This document shows positions 1-10,399 of a stretch of DNA of 20,000 bases, one piece after another. Positions within the stretch are counted from its first letter, which is position 1. Each line of letters begins with the position of its first letter. Both the position numbers and the translations under genes were made by a program. Where the stretch lies: contig UYFQ01000078.1 of assembly GCA_900617105.1 (NCBI GenBank), positions 50,281-70,280 on the forward strand, in the 5' to 3' direction. Under the pieces are notes generated by a model. The model was not told where the DNA came from. It made no database searches and saw nothing but the letters and a program-made list of their open reading frames with translations. Origin of the DNA: Hydrurus foetidus (lineage: Eukaryota).

Positions 1-1
1 C

Positions 2-178
2 GCATTGGACATGTTATATAGAGATTATGGCGATATTCCTCCTTTTGGAAATGGACCTGATCAGCACGAGATACATCGCCTGGGAAATAAATACATTTAC
101 GACAATTTTCCACATACCGATTTCTTGCTAAGTTGCAGAATTAAAGGAAAAGTGCTGAGCGATGCGAGCGACTTATAA
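2..178 (+). CDS. Cyclophilin-type peptidyl-prolyl cis-trans isomerase, C-terminal fragment (gene begins upstream of the window)
   Basis: Manual translation from base 2: ALDMLYRDYGDIPPFGNGPDQHEIHRLGNKYIYDNFPHTDFLLSCRIKGKVLSDASDL*, with TAA at 176-178. The pattern 'LY..YG..PP.G.GPDQ..I...GN.Y....FP..D' is, from recall, the C-terminus of a cyclophilin-like PPIase subfamily found in bacteria and algae. Not in the supplied ORF track. Confidence 0.75.
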   Translation, partial: ALDMLYRDYGDIPPFGNGPDQHEIHRLGNKYIYDNFPHTDFLLSCRIKGKVLSDASDL

Positions 179-1092
179 TATAGCAAAAGACAATTTAAGT
201 GTCTGAAAATTGGGCGAAGGAAATTTGCTATTTCTTTTGTACTGAATTGTCATTTTCAGTTTTCAGCAAGTTACGAATAGTTCGCAGTCTTGATGAAGGT
301 CCCTCCCTCCCTTGATGTGATTTATCGTTTATTCTGACGACCGCATCGAGATGAAAACTCTCAATACTATTCACCGTTAAGAATGTTCTCGAACTGTTTT
401 ACGTAGATGACTTTATTGCCAATTTTCGATGTAATTGAATTACACTACCGTAATTACATACTTCCGCTCTATCAATACAATGTTAAGATTCAAAAGTATT
501 CGTAATTAATTGAACATGATTATGAAACATTTGCGAGGGCGAGGCAAATTACTATTTTTTCTACGAATAAATGATGAAAACGGTTATTTTGATATCACAC
601 CGCATCGCATACAATAATACTGTTCATCAAAATGAATTTGTGGGAAGAAAAACTCACAAACTTTTCGAGACATTTGAGAGATCAGCCATCATCCATAATT
701 TATCAAGTAACACTTGGTCTAAAATAAAATGTTGTATTTGATATTTGATGCAATATCAGATGCTTCCCTCTACGGTAAAGTAAACTGTAAACTGTGTGTA
801 CGGTTGACACGAAGTACCAACTCCCAACCACAATCCGGCAAAGCTGACGAGCGAGCGATAAACTTCCTCGAAACGACAGTTTCGGTCGGGGTCACATTAC
901 GAACAGCGGCATTTCTGCACTTCTGTCTACTAGAAAACGCCATTTGGTTGGTTTTTTTGTGTCAACTCGGAAGTTCTAGAGTTGATGAGCAAAAAGAAAT
1001 TTGGAGGACGAAAAATTGTCAAAAGTATCAAAACTAAAGATAGCGTCTTTTTCACTCGTAATCTTCGATTTATCAAGAAGCTGACCATCGCG

Positions 1093-4000
1093 ATGGAGGA
1101 GTTGAATGACTACCGTAGCACTCCAGAAAGAGCAGACGACCAAACAAGCGATGACAGCGACGACGAGCATCGCATGGACGAAGATAGTACGGAAAAAGTT
1201 AATAGTTACAATTCTTCTTCATCTGAAGCACCAGTGTCAGATAGCAGGACAGACCTGAAGAAAGACTCGTACCAAAATCAAACTTCTAAAGCAACTAGTA
1301 CTAGCCTCTCTCCTCAGACCCTTCTTGAGCTTGCAGAACGATGTCGATACATTCCGATGCGTCTCACAGAAGACGAAAGACGCCTTCTGAATGTTCTGGA
1401 GAACGCGCTCGAAGTGTGCGAATACACGGACACAGTCGACGTGACTTATTCTCACACTGGAAAGTCAAAGCAATCGAGGATAATCAGTAGTTTAGTTGAT
1501 CTTCTTTCCATCGCTTGTGGATTGCTGGTTAGTCGCACCTCTATTTCTTCTTTTGTTCTGAACACTGTTCTGCCTCTGACTGATACTCAGATCTGCTATG
1601 ATTATTCACCACCCTTCTGCTCACCTTCCTTTGCACCACTAGCCCTTCATTACTCTGCTTCCATCCCTCTACATATCTATTTTTAATTCCTAACTCATTT
1701 AACTCCTCTTAGCTCAATTTCCCCCCTTTAATCTGTCTGTCTTTCGCTCTCATCAACTAACTATCTACGACCTTACTCGCTAATTTAATTCCTCAAACTC
1801 TGTTTTTCCTTTCTCCTATTTTTATCTGATCTGATCTGATCCAATTTTCCAACTGATCAGATGGCAAATAATCTGACTAAAGGAGAAAGTTTACTTTCCG
1901 GAAAAACACTCACTGAAAATGTTGATTTATTCGCGACAATATTTGAGGTACACACGCAACACTTTTGTCATGAGAAAAAGATGAAGAATTGGTGCTGTAT
2001 TTCTTTTGTATACTGATTGCTATAAAGATGACTGGTACTCTTTTCTGTTTATTTTAACATCATAATTTACGCCATCCCCATTCCAAGTAACAGAATGTTT
2101 CAATTCTCTGCTCATCTATAATTATTTCCGTTTTGTTTTATAGATCGGTAGACGGTATAAAATTATGAATCCCGGTAAAATGCGAAATACGTACGGGAAG
2201 TTAATGTGGATTTTAATGGACACTGAAAGTTACGCTGTGAAAGAAAAACTTCAAGTACGTATTTATGTCAGTACGTACGTACGCATGGATGTGTGTGTGC
2301 ACGTATATATGCATGTAAGAATGTATGTATGCATGTGAGTATGTACGGATGTGTGCACGTCTGCATGTATGTATGCATGTATGTATGTGTGTGAGAATGT
2401 ATGTATGCATGTGAGAGAATGAATGTACAAGATAACCTACCTCCAGGATATTTTATAGACTAGTGATTACTGTGACAAGTGACGTTAATGATCAATTAGC
2501 ATCTGTCTCTATATGAAATTAGTCTTAATGTAACACTATTTTAAACAATTGCTGATTAGATCAATTAATTCAACTCTGAAATTATTCAATTAATTATTTC
2601 AGCTGAACTTTGTGAGGCCCATTGTAACGATTGAAAGTTTTCTGAAGAGAAAAGGCTCTCTGTCTCTCCTATCCGATATCGATTTATTGGAAGCCACACA
2701 ACCGATTAACGATATTAATGGTACGTACGTACGTGTGTGTGTTGTTATGCACTTTGTTTATTTTAGTGTGATGTTTATTTATTATATTTTGTTTTATTTT
2801 GTTTTATTTTATTATCTTATTGCCGTGCGAATGAGTGAAGAGAAATAAATTAAATGAATAGAAGAGACAATGAGAGAATAGAAAGTAAGCAAGTTGCTGA
2901 TGTATGATTTTTATACAGCTTTTGTAAAGAGTAAGTGAGGTGCAGCAGTAAACACTGTCATGCGAGGCAATACGAGTGACGAAAGAACAGGATCATCACA
3001 TAGTGTTGAAGTTATACATTGAATTTATTTTATTCTATTTATTTTTCTTTCATTTTCTGATATTAATGAAGAACTATAAATCCAATTAACGCAGGTCAAA
3101 AGACCCAAAAAGATTTAGTACGAGAATCTACACACAAAAATCAAATATGCAAAGAAGTAATAGAAAGACACGCGAGTGCTGAGCTGACCGATCTCGACAT
3201 ACAGCGTGTTATCGACTCTATATCCGACAATGAGGCGTACTTAGCATTCAATGTCGGGCCGGTTGACAGAGCCATTCAGATATTAGAACAAACATTTAAC
3301 CCGAATAAACCTGATGAACATTACTCGTTAGAGTTAAAAATGAAATTACGTAAATCTTTTATGTCACTCGGAGGATTCAGCAGCAGGTACATCAACACCA
3401 GTGCATGTCTGTCACATGACCACGCCACACAGTATACTTTCGTCCTACAGTCGCTTACTCTGTGGAGACAAGTTATGAAGTTTCTACCAAAATTGTGGCT
3501 TTATACGGATACAGATTTGATAGGAGAACAGGTACACACGTACTTGATTTCGTACGTGTACATGCACGTACATGTGTATGACTGTATGAGTGTAAGTACG
3601 TGTGCATGCGCATATGAATAAACTAATTGTTCACAGTAGTCGCTTCTTCTACACGGTCTCTCAGAGTCTATTCAACGAGTCATCTATCTATCAATGTGTC
3701 TGTCTGTCTATCTGTATGTCAGGCGGTCCTCCCATTTGACTGCCTATCTGTCAATCAATCTTTCTACCTACCCCACCTCATCACATCTCATTTCTTCTCA
3801 TCGCTGCTCATCTCATCGCATCTCACCTCATCGCATCTTATTGCACCTCATTTCCTTTATTTCCCATATTTCCTCTCAGTACCGTTTGGTGGACACCGGT
3901 CAGGGCTACCATCGACTGCAATCCTGTCCACACGTCAGCGCGGAGATACGGAGAATACTATCAGCCACTCAGAAGTCATGCGGAGCTCCTTGGGTGGGAC

Positions 4001-4850
4001 TGAGCGTGATTCACTTGGGAGACAGAGACGTGCCGAACGCACTGGTGTTCATCGACAAATACACTCAGGTAACAGGTGAAAGGTGCCATGTTTCATTCCA
4101 GTGTCCCTTTTGGTGGACTTTGTGCGTAATGGGACTTGTTTTTCGTTTTTCGTTGTCTGTTCTTCCTTGGTATTTCTGTTTATTGGGTATTTTTTACAAT
4201 TAAGAAACTTCGCTCACGCATTTGAAGCACACGAAGGCGCTTTATTTAGTACAAACATCTCTATATAGGTGCCTCGTATACTCGCCCCAATAGTGCGCTG
4301 CATAGACCGCTTACCAGCACTGACCTTGGACCCAGCATTCCACAAATACGTCAGTGACGAGTGGGGATCGATTTTTGGATTGAGAATGCAGATTTTATCC
4401 GACTTTTTCAAACACGGATTTGATGGATCAGGTATTTGAAAACATGTTTTATTTCATTTTGCTTTACTTCACTTTATTTCATTTCACTTTACTTTGCTTC
4501 ACTGTATTTTACTTTACCTTACTTCACTTTGAGTGTCGTTTTATTTCATTAATTCATGAATTCGTTGGCTTTACCGTTGATTCACGCACCCGTACAGATT
4601 TATTTATTTATTGATTCGTTCGCTAATACTTCTCACAGTGTAACACCCGCTATAACACGCTAATTCTAGCCATAACAATCTACATTATACCCATATACCG
4701 TGATATACAGGGGATGACGGAGGTTCCTGCATAGACGGCCGACTTACTTCCGCTTGGAATTGGTGTTCCAAACTCCACAAGAAACCGTATTATAACGTAT
4801 TTATGTTTACCGGATTTCAAGGATTTGACGGGGATTGGAAAGAAGATTAA
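1093..4850 (+). CDS. DUF2009 / UPF0652 family protein, 8 exons
   Basis: Exons read by hand, all GT-AG and phase-consistent: 1093-1527, 1861-1947, 2144-2254, 2603-2720, 3095-3531, 3880-4068, 4269-4431, 4711-4850 (TAA). Family motifs: [152 protein letters not shown]. An upstream in-frame ATG at 985 is an alternative start. Confidence 0.9.
2255..2425. repeat. Intronic (GTAC/GTAT/ATGT/GT)n alternating purine-pyrimidine microsatellite
   Basis: gtacgtacgtacgcatggatgtgtgtgtgcacgtatatatgcatgt...atgtatgtatgcatgt lies directly after the intron 3 donor of the DUF2009 gene. Confidence 0.85.
3675..3855. repeat. Intronic low-complexity repeats (TCTA/TCTG, then TCTCA/TCATC/TCGCA pentamers)
   Basis: ctatctatc..gtctgtctgtctatctg followed by cctcatcacatctcatttcttctcatcgctgctcatctcatcgcatctcacctcatcgcatc, in intron 5 of the DUF2009 gene. 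Confidence 0.75.
4447..4550. repeat. Intronic degenerate (TTTAC/TTTAT/TTCAC)n pentamer repeat
   Basis: ttttatttcattttgctttacttcactttatttcatttcactttactttgcttcactgtattttactttaccttacttcacttt in intron 7. A similar (TTTTA/TTTTG)n tract lies at about 2753-2820. Confidence 0.75.
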
Positions 4851-5346
4851 ACTGGAATGAAATTAGGAACAGTTTAGTCAAGCAGTTGATAGGCAGAAGG
4901 GAAGAGGAGGGATGGAGAGGATACGGAAGAGAAAAGGGAAGAGGAGAGGGAGAGATCTGAGAAATCGATCAGCGATCAATCCGAGTGGGATGGGAAAGAG
5001 CGGAAGAGGAGCAGCAAGAGCAGCTGGCGTTGGACTGGCTCAACAGAAACAGCGTGGATTAATAAATGAGAGCGACGGTGAAAGAGATAGCGATGTACAG
5101 ACAAAAAGCAAAACGGAAAAAAATGTTGGATGCAAATGCAAAAAATCGAGTCATATTCCGCATTACATACCATACTAAATTAAATGAATTAATTTTCTTA
5201 ATAACTCTTATTAATCAAGATTTATAAAGTGCTCGATTCCTCTTTTTGACAATTAAAATAAGATGGGATCAATCTTTGACTCCAAAAATCGAAACTCAAG
5301 TACTTAATTTATCTGTCTCTACCTCCAGCCAATCGTCACGTCAATA

Positions 5347-5485
5347 GAGTGTTTGCGCAAACGGAAATATCTCGGATATGTAATATCCGAGATCCGTCAA
5401 TTCGAGGCGGAAATTTGAATTTTGAACGGGGTAAATCCCCGTACCCTGGGGTTCCAGCCGGATATTTCCGTTTGTGCGAACACTC
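5347..5485. mobile_element. Putative MITE (139 bp) with 25-bp terminal inverted repeats and TA flanks
   Basis: Left arm gagtgtttgcgcaaacggaaatatc (5347-5371) matches the reverse complement of gatatttccgtttgtgcgaacactc (5461-5485) at 23/25. TA on both sides (5345-46, 5486-87). Non-coding interior with an internal hairpin atctcggatat-gta-atatccgagat (5369-5393). Confidence 0.65.
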
Positions 5486-5654
5486 TAACATATGTTGCGC
5501 AGTCCAATTATTGCTGAGTGAAGACTCTGGCTACATTGTATGAAGGAGACAGAGAGTGCCTTCATCGAGTGGCTGTTTCCGTTTTTTCATTTCGATCCGA
5601 TGCATACTGGTGACTGTTGAGGGTCACAATGAAAGGATTGGAAAGTGTCAGCCT

Positions 5655-5752
5655 GAGGATGGTTTCCGATAGCTGGTACTTAGACAGACCACTATCCCAT
5701 CTAGCGCTAGATGATGTAGTGGTCTAAGTACCCGCTATCGGATACCATCCTC
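5655..5752. repeat. 98-bp near-perfect foldback palindrome (possible MITE remnant or hairpin-RNA locus)
   Basis: gaggatggtttccgatagctggtactt pairs with aagtacccgctatcggataccatcctc at 25/27. Further in, agaccacta pairs with tagtggtct, and the centre is a perfect 16-bp palindrome catctagcgctagatg (5698-5713). An AGAC duplication forms a bulge on the left arm. Confidence 0.85.
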
Positions 5753-6399
5753 TGTATTCTGGGGTACACGAATGTTCAGAAACGAAAGAAATGACCGAAG
5801 TGTCCCCTACCATACACCGTACATTACTGCGCAGCGTGGCTGAGGAAATCAATTCAACTCAACTACTGAGTTTGTTGTCAGATCCTCTACCGCGTGGTGA
5901 ACAGGGGGTCTATTCATTTCGCACATCCAGTGCAATAAAAAGAACAGGGATAGTACTGTCTTTAATCTCCGTTCGATCCGTCAGCAGAGATGGTAAAAGT
6001 AGGGGCAGCTTTATATTTCTTTTTCTTAATATGTGTGCAATGTTGTAAATATGGGTCGAAAAAAAACAGTGTTACGGAGGAGGGAAGGAAGGAAGGAAGG
6101 AGGTAAATGGACATAGTATCTTTCAATTTGGCTTGTGACAGAGATAGACATGAAGTCGTACAAATCCGTGCAATGTTTCTATCACCGTCAATTTTACAGA
6201 AAACCTATTGGGAGTAAGTTGTGACAAGAAATAGTGACAACTATTGATCAAGATTCGACAATTGTGCAGGTGCAAGAATTCAACGACATTCGGAACATTC
6301 CGTTACAATCTGCCGGAATTTGAATAAATTGGCGAATAATCGTTAGGATAGAACATTCCGATAAACAGATGTCAAAATAGAACAATCCTTAGGAACATT

Positions 6400-7451
6400 C
6401 TATAGAATGGCGTTGATTTTCGCCGATATCGAGAGTTGCGTCTGTGCCAATGTAGACACGTATGAAACCATCAACAAGTCCTGAATCTTCTCCTGTAGCA
6501 TTGTGTTAAATTCCTCCGGTCTGACTGTTTGTAGTGCACCGATTGCGTCCGCTATTTTCATGCCGTATTCTGCCATAGGCGTGGCAGATCCATCTACTAC
6601 AGAGTCAACATACGTCTGCACCTCATCCAGTACAACGAGTAACTTCCTCATCGCTCCATGCACAGAGTCGCGCTGATCTGGCACGATTGCAACAACCTCT
6701 GATTCAGCAAACGCTTCTGCGTTCTGAGCATTGATCATGTGGTACAAACATGTGGCTTCCGAGTCGGTCACTTCCAAGTCAACTTTTATTTCCAAGAATT
6801 TGTTTGCTAGATTCGCACCGCCCAGTGTCATAACCTGACTCATGAAACCTCTCACTCCCATGTCCTCTCCTGCTAGAGTTGTATCTACCACCAAGTGAAC
6901 TGGATTCTCGCACTCATCAGAATAAAAGTTCTGAATCAAAGAAGAGTTGTCGTTTAGCAGAACACCTTCGGCTGTGGTTGTTGTGTACCAACCAACGATC
7001 TTCTCCTTCTTATTAATACGGCGATGAAAGTTATACATTGACTTGAAGTAGTCCCTGTTTATTCCGACTGATACTTCATCCTTATTTTCTGTATGGGGGA
7101 CACCAAAACACTCCGTAACCTGTCAATGTCAGATGAGTCTATCATCGATTGCAAGAATGACGATGCGTGGGTCATATTGTCAGATTTATCGATGATCTCT
7201 TACCTCAATTTGACCATCTTTTACGACTCCGAGTAAAGTGCCTATAACTCTGAAGTCTCGTTTTTCTCTTCGTACAAAGCTATTCAGAATTGAGAAGACA
7301 ACTGTAGGATGAACTTTGACGACAGGAACAGGGGTGTCCCCGAGAGCAAGGGCTTCCTATTCGCGCATTTTGGAATAGTTTGATCACTTTAAGCTATGCA
7401 TTTGATTTCGACAGTGAATGTTTGAAATTCTGAGATTACCAGCTTGCTCAT
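6400..7451 (-). CDS. EIF3F: Eukaryotic translation initiation factor 3 subunit F (MPN domain), 3 exons
   Basis: Minus-strand exons: 7451-7440 (MSKL), 7356-7204 (EALALGDTPVPVVKVHPTVVFSILNSFVRREKRDFRVIGTLLGVVKDGQIE), 7119-6400 (VTECFGVPHTE...MYNFHRRINKKEKIVGWY...PVHLVVDT...QDLLMVSYVSTLAQTQLSISAKINAIL*). Introns are 83 and 84 bp, GT-AG. The motifs 'VHP.V.FSI....RR', 'RVIGTLLG' and 'DLLMV.Y...L..TQL' fit eIF3f better than its paralog Rpn8/PSMD7. Confidence 0.92.
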
Positions 7452-7640
7452 TTTCCAAAAATGAAAATTCGCCGAAGATCCCTGTCAATGCAAAGTTGAG
7501 ATGGAAAGGAGGCTGCTTACGCGTTAAATACAATCTCCAGAAACCTTCCAATAGCCGATAATCGTCGATAATGTCGATGATACCTTTGCTGTGAGGAATT
7601 GTGTGGATGGAGCGCAGGGTCGATCTTGGATCCCGTTTCC
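7452..7640. promoter_or_regulatory. Putative bidirectional promoter between eIF3f (-) and the DUF2009-like/nucleoporin locus (+)
   Basis: Only 189 bp separate the eIF3f ATG (7451, -) from the tentative ATG at 7641 (+). Inferred from gene geometry only. Confidence 0.45.
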
Positions 7641-10316
7641 ATGAAATCTGACCGGGAGACGGTAAGTTCCGGCCTCCAGGTGGGATATTTCCGGGAACTT
7701 TTCCAGTCGATATTTTCTTGAGCGGAGAGATTTATCGTTCGAAGAGTCTTCTCGGCAAGACCACTTTCATGGTAGATTTTGGAGTGGACTGACATCACGA
7801 ACTCGATCTTGACCTGTTCCATGAACTTTAGAAGGACCCTTAGGATCAAAAGTCTTTTGAAAAAGGGATTACAATGAGACACGCTCACGGAAAAGCCCCA
7901 GAGCAGACAGCAAATGATGTAGGGAGTCAAATGAGGGTCCTTCACAGCGCTCTTGAGATTTGCGACGACTCAACTATTGTGACTTTAAAATGCAATCAAA
8001 TTGGGAAAGCTAGGCAGTCCTTCCTATCGTCGGCTTTCGTCGATGTACTGTCTGTTGCCTGTGGCTTGCAGGTAGTATAAACTATCAACTTGAATTTGCA
8101 TTGTCCACTGCTCTTCAGTTGCCGTAAATTCTTTCACTTTGCTGGGTATTTAGATGGATCATGCACATGGGAAACTCTGTCTGAGATATAGAAAATGCAG
8201 ACGTCATCTTTACAGCAGAACAGATTGTCATACAAAAACCTTCTCGGTTTCTGTAGTGCATCGTTTTCCATATATGCTGATAATCATCGGTTACAGCAGC
8301 AAATGCAACGCAATTAATATATGTCAGAGTTGAATTTGGTCTTTATGTAAAGCTGCAGTGCTCCCTAAATGTTCTTGACACGTCATTTGCTACTCCTATC
8401 GTACTCCTAAGGCAGTCTGATAAGAGCAATCTCATGGTTCCTACCTGTTCAAATATCTCATTCTTAGCAGACCGATTGGCTAAAGGCTATATAAATCACA
8501 TTTCAACACACATTCTGTAATGTGCTTCAGTCATTGTGTGAAAGTTTTGAAGTAATCAATATCTTCGCTACTTTCTTATTTTGGTAATACTTCTGATTAC
8601 TTATCGTCTAGATGGTGATAGATGGAGATGCTTCTTTCTCCAGCAGAAATCCGATTCAAACAATTGATCCATTTCCAATTGCATACGATGTAAGTAAAAC
8701 GCACTTTAAGTTAAATGTCATTGGTTCAAAGATTATTATTTTTTTGATATTTTTTCTGATTTTTTATCCTTCTAGCAATCTCATTTTATTCTATTCTCTA
8801 TCTTTTCATTTTATTGTACGTTAATTTATATTTCTGCCCAATCTTTCACTATGTCATCTATGTCTATCAGTGATAGAACATAACGCATTCGTCATATTAC
8901 TCATCTAACAGGGTGCTGTACTATGCACGTATTCGGTATTTAAAATCCGTATTTTGGCTGTATTTTTTCGCCACTTTAATTATCGATTATTTTCACTCTT
9001 TAGAAAGCTATTGGTGTGATAAAAGAAAAAAAGGGGGAGAGTTTCGATGCGGTGCACTTTCGAGAAACTTTTGATATGATTATATGGGCACTTATAAACG
9101 ACAATAATTCTTCAATACGGCTAAGTCTTCAGGTTTGACGATATTCACCAATATTTGATGCTATTTCCATTTCAATTATTCTGTAAAAAAATTGAGCAAG
9201 TTTGCGATGTCAAAGTTGTGGTGAAAAAAATCATATTCTTGTGGAGTCTTTTCGCTTTAAAACAAAAATGTCAAACATACAGAACATTGTGTCAAAATTT
9301 TCAACAGCATCCTGCAAAATTCGACATCACTAATTCTTCCAAAAATATTTTTTTGTTTTACACGTGATATCAGTCTACTGATTCCCCTCTTTTGTCGGAC
9401 GCCGTTAAAGTCATCACGGAAACATTCGGTAGACACGTTAAAAAGTTTTATTTCTTACGACGTGTTTCGTTTCTCTTCCTCTTTTTTCTTCAATTACACT
9501 GCTGTGGCCACTCTTGGGCTGTCGTAAGTATCTACATCGAATATTGAGCGATATGTGCTGTCCTGATTATGTGTTACCTCACCACAACGATGTCCGTTAC
9601 TCACACCTTTCTGCCTTACCTTCTTCTTCTCCGCTCACAGAATCAATTTCAGTTACATTCAAAAGTACGGAAACGGTCGTAAAACCGAGAATATTTTCTT
9701 ACACAAAAGAAGAAGAAATTCTGTTCGCTGCCTTACCTGTTGGAACGAAAAACACCGTAGAAGATGTTTACCGTAAAACGTTAAGATCCAGCGGGGTTAC
9801 GGCCAAGCAGTCAATCGCGGGCGTGAAAGAGGAATTGTCTGAGATTGATTTGGTGCGTATCATCTATTATTAAGTCGATCATTCTTGCATTACAAATTGC
9901 CCTGTGCTTGTGTCAAGGATATCTACTGTACTTCATTTCAGTGATGCAGGAACTTGTTTTAGAATGATTTGTTGTGAATGTACGCAGCACCTCACAACCG
10001 AATGCATTGATGTTGAGTCCAATGAACAAAGTGAGATCGCATCAATCATAGACATAGAGAGATTGAACAGGGGATTGAATGGAAGCGGAACAAACAGTTG
10101 TGTCTCATTTGCATCATAGCTAATCGAATTTTACTGAATTCTACACAATAAATAAAATAAGTCAGGCGTCATCATTTCTTATTTATTGATTTGTTTATTA
10201 GTCACTTTTTGTTGCTTCAAATGATTTAGTATAGAATCGCAGTGCTTGATGGATTTTATATTATCCACGACGTTACTGGTGAAAATGTTAATAAAATATT
10301 GCGACATAATTATGCA
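7641..10316 (+). CDS. Diverged DUF2009-N-terminus-like exons (5' part of a putative chimeric gene, or a separate truncated paralog)
   Basis: Exons: 7641-7661 (tentative, strong GTAAGT donor), 7844-8071, 8612-8689, 9004-9132, 9374-9428, 9641-9852. Tentative further exons: 9988-10096 and 10243-10316, or alternatively 10230-10316. Segment 7937-8071 (VLHSALEICDDSTIVTLKCNQIGKARQSFLSSAFVDVLSVACGLQ) aligns without gaps to 1393-1527 ([45 protein letters not shown]) at 20/45 identities. The following exons echo DUF2009 exons 2-4 with matching donor positions and phases. Confidence 0.7.
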
Positions 10317-10399
10317 GTATTTCCTCGACATTTCTGTTCCTCTACATTAGTCAAAGTCTCAATATCCCACTAATTACTCCCCTGATTATTTCTCCACAG

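Noticed and set aside
4912..5178. 88-aa basic ORF after the DUF2009 stop
   Set aside because: Arises from a GA-rich low-complexity tract in the probable 3' UTR; no domain features.
5791..6048. 85-aa intergenic ORF
   Set aside because: No recognisable homology or supporting splice structure; likely chance.
6286..6400. Three GAACATTC copies just past the eIF3f stop
   Set aside because: Short, irregularly spaced and in a 3' region; not enough to call a regulatory element.
7517..7945. 142-aa minus-strand ORF upstream of eIF3f
   Set aside because: No recognisable motif. It overlaps the DUF2009-like exon on the opposite strand, and eIF3f already has a complete N-terminus.
8154..8333. Alternative exon after an AG at 8153 (MDHAHGKLCL...)
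   Set aside because: Runs into a stop and shows no similarity to DUF2009 exon 2, whereas 8612-8689 does and has a strong GTAAGT donor.
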